Assembly: GCF_009914755.1 (NCBI RefSeq)
Contig: NC_060933.1
DNA length: 64,000 bases
Reading direction: 5' to 3' (one strand)
DNA from: the human T2T-CHM13v2.0 reference genome, Homo sapiens
Part shown: piece by piece, positions 1 through 17,658 of the stretch
Position numbering within the stretch: the stretch's first letter is position 1
Layout: every line of letters starts with the position of its first letter
The notes under the pieces: model-generated
The model's input: the letters and a program-made list of their open reading frames with translations, nothing else
Told to the model about the DNA's origin: nothing
Databases searched by the model: none
Program-made: the position numbers and the translations under genes

Positions 1-527
1 AAATTATCCTACTTTTTAGTCTATAGTTCATCTTGATTTGTTTTTTCTTGTGAAAAACTCTGCTATAGAGGGCATGCTTTAGTGCATGGCAATGAAAACA
101 AAGCAAACCAAAAGCCATTCATTAATGTGTTCTTCTGTTTAGAATAAAAAAATTTCCCAGGTATTTGCTTCTTCTGCCTAATGTGGAGTATGGAGTTGTT
201 TTCATATGTCCCATATTGATTTACACTTTAACTATGCTGTCTGCGTGCAAAAAAATGTGCTTATACAACCCAGGGGTGGAACCAAGCTAAGCAACTCTCC
301 TCAGGTCCTTTACCTGCTCAGAAGTCTTGAAAGCCCCATTATACTCCCTTCTCCCTTACGCACACCAAGAATTATAAATCCCATTGTTTTCTTCATATAA
401 GAATATATTTGCATCTCATCACATTCATATGCACAGCCTTTTATTCTATGCATACTCAATTAGCACATATTGGCAAGTTAGGAAAGTAGGAGTGTGGGAA
501 TAAGTATGAAAAAAGACACCATTGTGG

Positions 528-534
<7 letters not shown>

Positions 535-564
<30 letters not shown>
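535..564. repeat. (AC)15 microsatellite
   Basis: Read directly from the sequence. Confidence 0.95.
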
Positions 565-566
<2 letters not shown>

Positions 567-1413
567 ACAATTTCCTCCTCTCTGAATCCTTCAGATACTG
601 AATAAAGGACATCTGCTATTATTATGTTTAATTTATTTAATTATCTTTAATTTCCTCTTATTATTAACCCCAAATACCTTAATTTGAAATTAACCAGGTT
701 TTTCCTATGCAGTTTGTCCTATTTTCTATCAGGCTTAAACAAATACTAATCTGCAAAATTCCAAGTAGTCCAATTAGTGTTTCTTCAGCCCCTTCACTCA
801 TAATACAACATGTAGATGAACATAACAGCTTCATATTCAAACAGATAATACTTTGGCTTTCTCAGATGGAAGCACGCAGAGCAATGGGACAGGATTCCGT
901 GCCTCAAAGTAAGGGCTGAGTAAGGACCCAGATGCCCTCCTATAAGCTGCCAGGGAGGTGGTGGTGTTCTGTTTCAGAGGACAAAGCACACAGAGGCCCA
1001 GACTGTGTTCCTCGAGCCCTACCCATTAGCCCCAAGATCATAGAAAAATCTTCCAAGCTGGAAACTGGTTGACAATGATCCTGACTTTCAGTAGGTGTGT
1101 TTTTTAAACTCTGTATACCTTTTTCCTCTACCTGTGTTGTTATTTGAATATGAAGTTGGGAGAAGACATATCAGAGATTCCCAATCTAATACGTTTTAAA
1201 TTTGACGTTTTTTTCCCTTAGACTAGCATTAATTGTGTTTCACAACAAAACGAGATAGCATTTCATCTCACGGGACAGTACACTAGATTTCATGAGGTCT
1301 CATATTATTTACAGTAAAAAGTTTCTTTCATAAACGCGCTTTTTTCAAGAACAATTTACCATGATGATGTCTTGAAAACACAGAATTTAGGCTCTGCCAC
1401 AAATTTGCTTTAA

Positions 1414-1665
<252 letters not shown>

Positions 1666-2301
1666 TAAGAGAAATTTACTATTTTGAAGAAACTAAGGTG
1701 TGAACTTAAAGCTTCTAATATTTCTAGGCATTTCTAATTTTTTTTTTTTGAGTTCTGCCTTCCTTAGATACCTACTAGCGGAATCCTAATGCTATCCTAA
1801 TTGTACAGATTAGCGTAAAGATTTATTTCATTTGCTCTAAAATAAATGAAACAGCACTTTTAATTACTGCTTGACATTTTAGATTCTTTCATAGGGAATC
1901 TTATGAGAGCTTGTAACATTTTCTGGAGTGTGTAGAAAAATGGCTAAGAAACATCTTATATTTTGTCAGCAGAGTGGAATAAAGGAATAAAGTCCTTTTT
2001 CTTAGCCAAGAAAGCATGCTAAAATAAGACACATGTTTGAAAATGCTGATCTCACAAAACAAAATTGAATTGCTTCATGTTGCTTTAATGAACTTTGTTT
2101 GTAAGGAACTATGTTGTTATCCCTAACAGCTGGTTTAATTTCAAAGACCCAATTCTTTCACATTCGAATGCAAAGAATGTTTTCCAGTTGTATATTAAAA
2201 AGCTGAGAGAGAACTTGCATTTCTTAGCACTCACTCTCTCACAGAATATGTGAGATATCTGGATGCTCACTTAAAACAAATTTTTATCCTTTCCCCTTCA
2301 G

Positions 2302-2325
2302 ATTATAACAAAGAAAACCTAAAAA
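2302..2325 (+). CDS. MUSK: MUSK 24-nt micro-exon (DYNKENLK), extracellular stalk
   Basis: Polypyrimidine tract ttttatcctttccccttcag acceptor and gtaagt donor; joins the flanking exons in frame to give PHL-DYNKENLK-TFPP. Confidence 0.93.
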
Positions 2326-4725
2326 GTAAGTAATTGTGTTTGTGCCCTTGAAACCTTATGTGTATGTAATTGGATTCATGCATGTGTGTTTACACTTATA
2401 TTTCCTGATGCCCAGAACAGAATGTACAGCCGCTCTCAAAGTCTTCTCACCATACTCATCCAGGGTATAACATGAGGGAAAATCATGGAAGGTCTCAGTT
2501 TATAACTTTTAATTAGACCGTAGAGAGTACCATATTTAGTGAGTCATACAAATGCTATCTCCCACCTCAAGGTTATTAGTCTGTTTTATTTCTTATATGT
2601 CTATAAGTAAGCCAAATTTAAAATGTCACCTTTTGATTTTATATTCTTGATTCAGTATAATCTAATTATGTATAGATGAAACCCAACATTTATTTCTTCA
2701 TTGAGCCAATTCATGATCTTCATTTGTGACAATAGATCCCTCTTTTGGAAGTTAGGTATTTTTTTAAGACAGCTGATTTCCAGTATAAAGTTTATAGGAT
2801 CAAATCAAATGGCTTTAAAAAGGTCATCACAAAAATCTCTGGGAAAGAATTCAAGAAGGTTGCTTGAAAAGGGATGTCGTACAAAATAACTTGTATCAGA
2901 TAGTGCTTTAACCTGTCAGAATGCAGAAATCCTCAGGATGAAATTAGAAAAGCTTTTCATGTCAACTAACTTCCTCTGGTCTCAGCGTTCTAAGGCTTAA
3001 ATCACACTTACTTCCTGTAATACATATTCCAGCCCTAATCTCCTCTGCATTTGACTAGGTGCCAGGACTTGATTTTACCAGCTTGCTTAAAGGACCAACA
3101 CTTAAAAGTATTAAAAGCAAGAATGCTACTGGTCCTAGTTGAATTACTCAGAGGTATTAAACAAGAAGAGTTATGGAAACCTTAAAAATCTATTATTCTG
3201 GTAGCCTGTCAAATTGTTATTCCCAAATCGAAGGAATAAAAAAAAATTTCAATTCTTTGTTATATGAGCAGCCAAAGTTTACTTTGATTGGACTTTGAAT
3301 TGATTACTGTGCTCTTTGTTATCCATCGATTGCTCACTCATCCATTCAAACATTCATTGAGGGTTTGCTGTGTGGAAGGACCAGACCATTCATCTTAAAT
3401 TAGACAGGAACAATACACAAAAAAGCATCCACATTTCTGCCTTTCACATTAATTATAAAGGAATTTTGAGCAGCACAAACTAGCTACAATAATAAATTTT
3501 CTAGTCTTTAAAAAACAGCTTTATGAAATCTTCGATACATGTAAGAAAATGAGCTCCTAATGTCATGAACTAACCATTTAAACTGAAAGTAGGGCAGGGA
3601 ATATCTGAAAGTATGCTCCTTGAGTTAAGGCAATTATTATTAAAAGAGTTGGCTTTAGCAGGTCAATAGTGGAGCAAAGAAAACATCCTTATTAGGCAGT
3701 GTCCCATATTTTATAGGGGTGTGTAAAGACCTTAAGTATTTTCCAAAGAGTGTCTTGATTTCTGAGTAAACTCTAAAGAATATCACCAGCTCATTTGGAG
3801 GGGTCACAAAAGAGCTGTTAATCATTTGTTTATCTTTGCATTATTTTCTTCTTCCTTGAGCATAGGGACTAGAATTTCAGTAGTTTTTCTTTTTTATAAT
3901 TTCTTTGGCTGAAGTGAAACATCTTTTTGAGCAGGCAATGCCTTTGTGCTATTTACATTATTTGTAAGCAAGGATTACACTATTCCTCTCTTCCGTGAGA
4001 CTTCACATACTTTATTACAGAAACACTCAGCAGTGAATCTGTCTTCTATTTCAGAGCTTCTGTGGAGAAAAGGTTAATTTGTCTTAATCATTGAAATAAT
4101 TACTTTTCTCTTGAATTCTCTTTTTCCTTCCATCTTTGCTCTTTCTATACATATACATGGAGAATAAAGGACCCAATGAATGTACCCAAATCCAAACTGA
4201 CTAGTGTGATACATACATTATCTCTCTTAATACTCCCAATAGTTCTACAAAATTAAGTACTATGAACGTCCTCCATTTTACTTACAACCCAACATGAGAA
4301 AGAGAGATTAAGCAATGTGTCCAATTTTACCCATCTAGTAAGGTGATAAGCCAGAATTTGAACTGAAATCTATCTGATTCTGGCTCTGTCTTCAGAGCCA
4401 GAATGTTATACCTGATGCATTTCTGTTATTACTAATGTTTCTTAAAAAATTCCAAGACCTCATGTGTAATAAAGCTTAACTGATTGTTTAACTGATTCAT
4501 TCTTGAATAAATTCCACTACCTTTTCACATTTGTTATAATTGATTATTCTTAAGAAGCTCTAATTGATAAAAATTTTATTGTTCACAATTTTAAATCACC
4601 CAGGCCACTTGATGATTTGACTTTTTGTTAACATTTAAATGAATACATGCTTTGTGTCCCAGACCATTTTTCCATAATGATCAGCTACTATTTTGCCCAC
4701 GAATGAAATCATGAAGCGTCAGTGT

Positions 4726-4728
<3 letters not shown>

Positions 4729-4756
<28 letters not shown>
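4729..4756. repeat. (TG)14 microsatellite
   Basis: Read directly from the sequence. Confidence 0.95.
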
Positions 4757-4757
<1 letters not shown>

Positions 4758-6743
4758 CTGTGTAAAACTCATGAATTATTTCATAATTTGAAATGTGGTT
4801 TGGGTAATTTTTGTGGTAATATTAAAGTTACAAGTTCTTAGAAAATTGGAGTTTAAAGTAACTTTAACAGTTATTTAATCTAAAGTCTCCCACAATGAAA
4901 GAATCTTTTCTAGAGCATCTCTGACAGAAACATTCCATTTTCCCTCCTGAATTTATTTCTCAATTCCTTTGTAGAATACATTAATTATTTCAACAATTTA
5001 GCTATGTAGAACTAAATTCTGGTTCTCTAGAACTGTCAACAACTGATCTTCACTCTATTTCTTTGATTTATTTATAATCTGTATGATAGTCCTTAAAATA
5101 TTTGGAGACAGGCACTCAATCTCTCTGTAGTCTTCTCTTCTTCACATTAAATATCTCCAATTTTTAACTTTTTCTTTTGCAACTGACTTCCAAAATCCTC
5201 ACCTCCATGTTTACTTTTTACTGGCTGCCACAAGCTTGAGAATATCCAGAACTGAACACAAAGCACAGAACATGATCTGATCAGAATTGCAATGCAACCA
5301 TATTTTCTGTGATAAGGCCTTGTTCTTTTATGAGTATAGATTAAACTCATGCTAGCTGTCTAATAATTTCATGACATTAATAGCCCTTCTATACACATAT
5401 GGGTTTACTGATTTCCTTGATTTTCTAATAAATTTTCTACTAGACCAATCCAATTCATAATTATTTTTATTACATTCTTCTAGCATTTATAATAATTTGT
5501 ACTTTACATGTTTAGTTACTATGTTCTATGAGGCATAGTGATCCAAGACACTTTTCTTTTTATATGAAGCTCTTTACCAATGTAAAATGTCACTCTTGTC
5601 TTGTTTTAGTGCTTTTAGCTTTAAATTTCTAGTATTAATAATGGTAATTTTTTCCTTGTATTTATGTTAACCTAGCACCTCTTTGTTCCTCTTTTATTTT
5701 TCTTTTCTTATAAACAACATATACCTGGGTTTACTCCAATCAGATAGCCATTTTCTATTAATAGGAGGATTTAGCCTGTTCATATTTTATATCACAACTG
5801 ATATACTCTATTTTATCCCTACTATCTTAACTGTATATTTTCTATTCGCTTTACGTTTTTGCTTCTTCTTTTTCTTTTTCTTTACTTGTTACTGGTTATG
5901 TTTTCTCCACTGCTAAGTGAAAGTCAGACACCAATTCTTTCTACACATCGCAGTGCTCTATTTATTCTTCATTTCTGCCCACCCCATGGGACTTTCAGAA
6001 TCTCCAGGAGATCCTCAGACTGCTTGGATCTTCTTCCTTACCTCCCCTGGTACTCTTAGGTTTCTCTTTGCAGAGTGATTCTCAATATTGAGTCTTACCT
6101 AGCGAATTAGCCAAGACTCCACCCATCACAGCCCCTTCACATGTATCCTGAAGTTATTTTCTGATTCAATTGTTATTAAGAGTCTCCTCATGTATTTCCT
6201 TAGAAGGGAAAGTGTCTTGGGAGACAGAATCCCTGAAGCCTTGTGTGTTATCAAATTGTTTTCTTTTATTTGGGTAGTTGAAAAGTGTATTAACTGGGTA
6301 TGGAACTCCTGAGTGACATTTCTTTGGGTGGTTTATAGATGTGATTTCACTCTTTTCTAGCTTCTAGTGTTGGAAGCAGGTAGTCTGGTGTGAATTTATT
6401 TTTTTCCTGTAAGTAATTTATTCTTTCTATCTAGGCAGAAACTTTTTGATTTTTCCCTTTATCCGTGATATCTGTATGATAAAAATTGTTTAATCATGTG
6501 CTATTGAACATCTCTTTCCAACTCCATGATAGGGCTTCATGTTGGGAGCTTGAGATAAGCTATGATGGGAATCTTTATCCCATTGAAATCAGGATGGTAG
6601 ACAGACCTTTCTAATGCAAAAAGTTGATCATGCTATTCCACCTCGTAAAACACTCCTATAAGACCAGGGCATAGTCCAAATTACTTAAATTGGTATACAA
6701 GGACTTTTATCACTAAACCTGATATCTGCAGCTTTACCTATAG

Positions 6744-7231
<488 letters not shown>

Positions 7232-7242
7232 CACACCTTTTC

Positions 7243-7549
7243 CTTAGTCTGTTCAGGTTGCTATAACAAAATGCCACAGACTGGGTGGCTTATACACAGA
7301 AATTTATTTCTCACAGTTCTGGAGTCCAAGAAGTCCAAGATCAAGGTGCCAGCAGATTTGGTATCTGGTGAGGACCCATTCCTCATAGACATAGCTGTCT
7401 TCTCCCTGTGTCCTCACATGGCAGAACGGGCGAGGGAGCTTTCTTGGACCTCTTTTATAAGGGCATTAATTCCATTTATCAGGACTCTACCCTTATTCAT
7501 TTCAACACATGAATGTGGGGGAAAGACACAAAGACTCAGATCATCATAA
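7243..7549 (-). mobile_element. MaLR LTR (MLT1/MST-like)
   Basis: ttagtctgttcaggttgctataacaaaatgccacagactgggtggctt...tctcacagttctggag...aagtccaagatcaagg is characteristic of MaLR. Confidence 0.75.
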
Positions 7550-10448
7550 CCTTCAACTGGTTACTGGCTACTCACCATTTATGTTTAACTTACAGTTACT
7601 CACTCTAGAAAACCTTCTCAGTATGTCTAAACCTGAGTTAGTGCCAGCCCTGAACGAGACTCACAAGCATCGTGTTCTTACTACTCCTATAATGCTTCTT
7701 ATATTTTGTTTTATTTCTCCATTTATTCACTTGTGTCTCATGACAAGCAAAGACTTCTCATGTTCACCACAGTGTTCTGGATACCTAACAGTCACTATTG
7801 ATTTAGTGAATGCATTTACATATGGATGAATGAGTGTATAAACTCCCGTAGTGTTCAGAGGAAAAGAATCAAGACAGAAAATTGGTGAGAGAAAAGATAA
7901 AAAGGAAAAAGAATGACGATTCAAAGTGATCCTTTAGACCCAAAGAGATCATTGATGTAGTTCAAGGGAAGATCAGATCAAATCAGAAGCAGTCATCAAG
8001 GAATAACAAAACAAAACTATCTTGAAGGAAAGAAACATTTAAATCCATAAAGCAAAATTATTGTTCCAACTATGTCATTTCTTGCATTTTAAAAAAACTC
8101 ACTAAATCATCATAGATTTTTCTTTTAACATGACAGTAAATTCTACTTTCTGATTCTTTTTAGAAAAACTAACCTTATATTTACCAGTGAAATTACACTA
8201 CCAACTTTACTAATTACATTATATTCCCTCACATGTTATATATGGTGTGAGATGCTCTGTAAACTCCAAATACAAAAATAGTTATTTCTCCCTATCTTTT
8301 AATAATTGTTCCAACTTTATTATTAGCAGAAAGCAAAGCTCGTCAATTTAAGCCACCCCCTACCACCACCACCCACCCATCTTAGATCGAGAAAACTTGG
8401 GATGACTCAGTCCAAAGAGAATCAGACTAGCTTTCAAGTCAGTCAGAGAGGAACCTGGTCAGTCTGTTGAGTCCACCACTCCTGTGGTGCCGGATGAGGC
8501 ATGCTGTCACTGATCTTGCGCAGATGTTTTATTGCTGTGCTGATGTTCTTCCAGTTCCAGGTGCCTGCCTGAGTCACAGTGGTGACCAGGCCTGGCATCC
8601 GCAGGCTTCAGAATCACTTGCTTAGCCATTGGTACTCAGGGCATAATCACTGGGTCCACTTCATGTATGACTAAGAAGTCATACATGAGCGTCTCTTGTA
8701 GCCTCCAATTTTGCAAGTGCCCTATTTCAAATGCTTTAGGCATCTACTGCCATAAAGGTTTTATTTTGACTTTGTAATATGTTATATTAATATGTCCCCT
8801 TCTATTAAATCATTATTCTCTGACTATGATGTAGTCAGTTGCTAATATTTCGTTTAGGATCTTCTAAACTTAGGTTGTATAATCTATGTATGCTCTTTTC
8901 TTCTGTGCTAACATTGCCAGGTTGTGATATTGGTATTATAATAATTTCTAAAATAATTTGAAAGAATTTTCTCTTACTGGAACATATTATAAATATGGAA
9001 ATTTTATCTCTTTCAAGACTAAAAGAATGTCTTTTATAATGTGATGACTTAAAAATCTAGTTTCCTGCCTATGGTAATATTTATATTTTCTAATGCTTCA
9101 AATTTGGGGATTAATATGTTCCTATCATTTTCCTTAAGGTGTGAAATATAATAATTACACATTATTTTAATTAACTTTGAATCTGTTATAACTTTTTTAT
9201 CATTTCTAATTTTCTGTTTGTACCTTTTCTCTTTAATTAAAATTCCATTGATTAGACTACTATATGAATATTTATAAAACCAACTATTGATCTTTTAATT
9301 CTGTCATTTGTGTTACGTGTATTCTAACTTATTAACTTCTGCTTGTGTATGGCTGTTACTTTATTACCTATTATCTTTTGTTTTCTGTAGTTATTGTTTC
9401 TTACCCAAAGTCTTGGGTTAAATGTTCAGTTCATTTACTTTCATTCTTTTTTATCTAGTGGAAGGAGATAACACTATGACTTTATCTTTGAGCACAACTT
9501 TGGCTAAATAAAATACACACTATTAAGAGGCTTGTGTCTAATCTATAACTATAGTTACTCTCTAGTTTTTGATCAAAAAGTCATTGATTTTTTTCTTTTT
9601 AAAAATGTCCCATTGGATTTTATTTAATCTATTATTAATTGCACTTTGGCCATTAAGTAGATATGCATAATTTCTGCCTTTAAAATTTATTGAGATTAAT
9701 CCACAAATATTTGAAAGGAAGGTTTATTCTCTATTTTTGGGTACAAAGGTCATTCTTAGCTATTAAAACATTGTTGCTGATTATTTTAAAATACTCTGTA
9801 TCCCTGTTTTTGTCTTTACTCAATCTGTTAAGAGGATTTAAATGTGATTAATAAGGTTCTTTTAATACATATACAATGGACTTTGTACTCTACAAATAGT
9901 GGTATGAGTATGGCATCTTTTGGTTTCCAACAGTAATGCTGATTTTACTTTATACATATCACATCGGCCTTTTAAATTGAAGTTTGACAGGAGTTCAGTT
10001 TTTAGATGAATTAACTTCTCATTTGTCTCCTAATATTTTCATTTTTCATCTTCTTTCATGATTTTTCTTCTGTTTGTAAACTGACAGTAAATGTATATAA
10101 AAGCTCAGCTCTAGACAATCCTGATGTCAAGTGTAATTATGTGAAAATATTTTATTTGATAATTTCCATGGTTTATGTCAGGTCATAGATAATATGATTC
10201 AGTATAAATGGCACCAGCCCAAGATCTACATTTATCTCAGAAAAAAAAAACCTATTTCCTCTCTCTGAGTCTCATCTTTAAAATTCTATTATTCTATAAG
10301 CTGGATTTACTTACAACTAGACCTTACTGAACTTTATAAATATATAACCAGGGAGAACCTGATACATAAATATATTCTTATCATGAAATTTATTTTACTG
10401 ATTGCTTAAATACAAAAAATTGCTTCTTAAAGGTTTGAGAATGAATGA

Positions 10449-10673
<225 letters not shown>

Positions 10674-11138
10674 TGAGATTCTAGTTTCAGCTAACCACGT
10701 GTAGTAATATTTTAAAGCCTTGTGTTTTATGGAGTTGGTATGACGTGAGGAATATATATGACACTGCAACTCTCTAAATATATCCGTAGCCCTGCTTTAA
10801 AATTAAGCACCCCCATCATGATCTTTACAAATGTCAATGACTTTTTGGCATGGGATCAAATCAAATGCCCTAGGGTTACTGTTTCACAAAAGGTAAAATC
10901 TAAACAATAATTTGGAGGAAAATGGCTATTCCTGCTCCTTGTCTTCTCCTCAGGCCTGTTGCCATTGCTGGCTTGGAGAGCTAAACATTTCTGAGAAAAT
11001 GTGCCTTTTGACTCTAGACCAAACAAAATATTTTATTGCTCTCAAAACGAAGGATCTTTGGCTGCCTTAGTATAACTTGTTTTCATTACTCTTAAATGCC
11101 ATATTTCTTAGAATCTAAGTCTAAGTACAAAGATCTAA

Positions 11139-11375
<237 letters not shown>

Positions 11376-11449
11376 TAAAGTTACCTATGGAAAAAAAAAC
11401 TCCATTGAAATATGTTATGTCTGAAAAGCTACCAAACTATTAGCTTGGT

Positions 11450-11660
11450 ATATATATAATATTAGCTTTATATATATATACACACACATATATATATATA
11501 TATCAAGCTAATGATATAGTACATATATATGTACACTGTGTGTGTATATATATATACACACACACATATACATATATACACACAGTGTAATATACAGTAT
11601 TATATAGTATTAATACAATATTATATATGTATTATATGGTAATAATATACTATATAAAAT
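11450..11660. repeat. Compound (TA)n/(CA)n low-complexity tract
   Basis: Read directly from the sequence. Confidence 0.85.
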
Positions 11661-11685
11661 AGTTTTTATCAAGTTAGTTAATTCT

Positions 11686-12011
<326 letters not shown>

Positions 12012-12736
12012 TCATTAACCTTATTTGTATTGCATAATACACTTCAAATCTTAATTTCCCCTCTTTGCTGGAAAACAGTAGCCTATATGGAGATAATATA
12101 TTTTACTGCACTTAAAATAGGTAATTTATTGGAGATGTAAATGTGTCTTCACTTCTACGATTTTTAAATTATAAGAAATTAGTAATATAGTTCAATAATA
12201 TTTCCTTTTCAGGAAAGAATTTACCATATATTTTTAATCATAATTTCTTACATTGTTTTAAATAACTCCTTACATTATAATATAATGTATAGATATTAAG
12301 TAGATGTTCATGAAATGACAAACAGAAAAGGAATAAAAAGGCAAAAATTTATAAAAAATGAGCTCAAGAAAGGAGTATGTATTAGGGCCAATATTAGCCT
12401 ATGTATCACCTTTGTGCGAATTGGAATAAAATACCCTTTCTGCTGCATGGATATGGCTCCACAGACACACAGCTGAGCCAGAGAATATGAATTTGGTTTT
12501 AATCTCCAACTGGCACTTCGGCCTGGTGCTCTTGGGCAAGACACAACTTAATCTCCACCCATGGTGGCCCTGGCGTAGAGGTTACATGAATAGTGAAAAT
12601 CTCACACAAACATGTCTTGGAAACCAAAATTTGCAAGGCACCACTTTAGGCTCAATGGAGGGTACAAAGATGAGTAAGCCATAGTTCCTACGTCATGGAA
12701 TTTAGATTCTGGACAAAGATTAAAAGGTTAGGATGT

Positions 12737-13032
12737 GGCTGGGCGCGATGGCTCACACCTGTAATCCCCGCAGTTTGGGAGGCCGAGGTGGTCATATCAC
12801 GAGGTCAGGAGATTGAGACCATCCTGGCTAACACAGTGAAACCCTGTCTCTACTAAAAATACAAAAAATTAGCCAGGTGTGGTGGCGGGTGCCTGTAGAC
12901 CCAGCTACTCAGGAGGCTGAGGCAGGAGAATGGTGTGAACCCAGTATGTGGAGCTTGCAGTGAGCCTAGATCATGCCACTGCACTCCAGCCTGGATGACA
13001 GAGTGAGACTCTGTCTCAAAAAAAAAAAAAAA
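12737..13032 (+). mobile_element. Alu (AluY/Sc-like)
   Basis: Full dimer; TSD AAAAGGTTAGGATG at 12722-12735 and 13033-13046. Confidence 0.95.
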
Positions 13033-13343
13033 AAAAGGTTAGGATGGCAATGATAATCCTATTGGGGGTGTATACTTCAGAATTCCTATAATTTGTAAAT
13101 AATGCATCTTTCAAACTTCATTGTTTGAAATTGTTGAAAATAACACCAGTGATTTTTATTAGTTGACATCAAGGAGTTTTAAGTATGTTGTCTTTCTTTG
13201 ATTCTGTGGCTCTGGGAAAGGCTGCGTGAGACTTAACCAGCCTTTTACACAGGGGAGGTGGGAGGATATGTATAAATGTGGGTAGGTATAAAGATATGAT
13301 GTCCATGATCTTTGGTTTCTTTTTCAATAAATGTATCTCTCAG

Positions 13344-13492
13344 GGCACCAGGCTTACTTCCCTATGAACCTTTCACTATGGTGGCAGTAAAGATGCTCAA
13401 AGAAGAAGCCTCGGCAGATATGCAAGCGGACTTTCAGAGGGAGGCAGCCCTCATGGCAGAATTTGACAACCCTAACATTGTGAAGCTATTAG
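13344..13492 (+). CDS. MUSK: MUSK kinase N-lobe exon (VAVK lysine, alphaC helix)
   Basis: ctctcag| acceptor and G|gtatga donor; 149 nt; [49 protein letters not shown]. Confidence 0.97.
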
Positions 13493-14003
13493 GTATGAAA
13501 ATACAAGTGAGGATATGTATTTCATCAGAAAACAGAGGCTTCCCAAGTTTTTCTCCCCTTGTTCGTGCTTTTTCCTTTTCTCCTTGATCAGTGAGACGTT
13601 TCAGTTCCTTTTCAAATTTAGCTTCTTCACCTTGGTCTATCCCAACCCTATAGGACATTCATGGCTTAATGGATTATCCCTCTTTAAATTCATCACTTCA
13701 ATTTGTCTCTGTCTTTGCTGCCTCCTATTTATAAAAATGTTTAAAATGTCCCCATTGTAAAAAATTAATACTGCTTCTCCATCACAAAATTTATCAATAT
13801 TGAAAAGTCTATATATTTTACTTATTTTGTTTCTCCTCTTTCTTCCCTAACTAGAATGTCATGAGCAGCGATTTGTATCTTTTCTGTTCATTGTTGAGTT
13901 CCAGTTTATTCCCAGATTCATAAATTCAACACAAATTTTACAAATATTTAGTTTGTATTAATTACACAGCAATTAATAAAACTTTTCAAAAATCTGTGCT
14001 CTC

Positions 14004-14302
<299 letters not shown>

Positions 14303-14329
14303 AAAAATCTGTGCTCTCATAGAGCATAC

Positions 14330-16740
<2,411 letters not shown>

Positions 16741-16752
16741 TTAAAAGTTTCA

Positions 16753-17658
16753 GGGGGAGGAGCCAAGATGGCCGAATAGGAACAGCTCCGGTCTACAGCT
16801 CCCAGCGTGAGCGACGCAGAAGACGGGTGATTTCTGCATTTCCATCTGAGGTACCGGGTTCATCTCACTAGGGAGTGCCAGACAGTGGGCGCAGGCCAGT
16901 GTGTGTGCGCACCGTGCGCGAGCCGAAGCAGGGCGAGGCATTGCCTCACCTGGGAAGCGCAAGGGGTCAGGGAGTTCCCTTTCTGAGTCAAAGAAAGGGG
17001 TGACGGACGCACCTGGAAAATCGGGTCACTCCCACCCGAATATTGCGCTTTTCAGACCGGCTTAAGAAACGGCGCACCACGAGACTATATCCCACACCTG
17101 GCTCGGAGGGTCCTACGCCCACGGAATCTCGCTGATTGCTAGCACAGCAGTCTGAGACCAAACTGCAAGGCGGCAACGAGGCTGGGGGAGGGGCGCCCGC
17201 CATTGCCCAGGCTTGCTTAGGTAAACAAAGCAGCCAGGAAGCTCGAACTGGGTGGAGCCCACCACAGCTCAAGGAGGCCTGCCTGCCTCTGTAGGCTCCA
17301 CCTCTGGGGGCAGGGCACAGACAAACAAAAAGACAGCAGTAACCTCTGCAGACTTAAGTGTCCCTGTCTGACAGCTTTGAAGAGAGCAGTGGTTCTCCCA
17401 GCACGCAGCTGGAGATCTGAGAACGGGCAGACTGCCTCCTCAAGTGGGTCCCTGACCCCTGACCCCCGAGCAGCCTAACTGGGAGGCACCCCCCAGCAGG
17501 GGCACACTGACACCTCACACAGCAGGGTATTCCAACAGACCTGCATCTGAGGGTCCTGTCTGTTAGAAGGAAAACTAACAACCAGAAAGGACATCTACAC
17601 CGAAAACCCATCTGTACATCACCATCATCAAAGACCAAAAGTAGATAAAACCACAAAG
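16753..17658 (+). promoter_or_regulatory. L1 5'UTR: CpG-rich internal sense promoter and antisense promoter
   Basis: Intact YY1 motif CAAGATGGC near the 5' end; CpG-dense; ends at the ORF1 ATG. Confidence 0.9.
16988..17203 (-). CDS. L1 ORF0 (71 aa, antisense in the 5'UTR)
   Basis: MAGAPPPASLPPCSLVSDCCASNQRDSVGVGPSEPGVGYSLVVRRFLSRSEKRNIRVGVTRFSRCVRHPFL, the C-terminal 71 aa of track ORF 16988..17272. Confidence 0.88.
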   Translation of the reverse strand: MAGAPPPASLPPCSLVSDCCASNQRDSVGVGPSEPGVGYSLVVRRFLSRSEKRNIRVGVTRFSRCVRHPFL

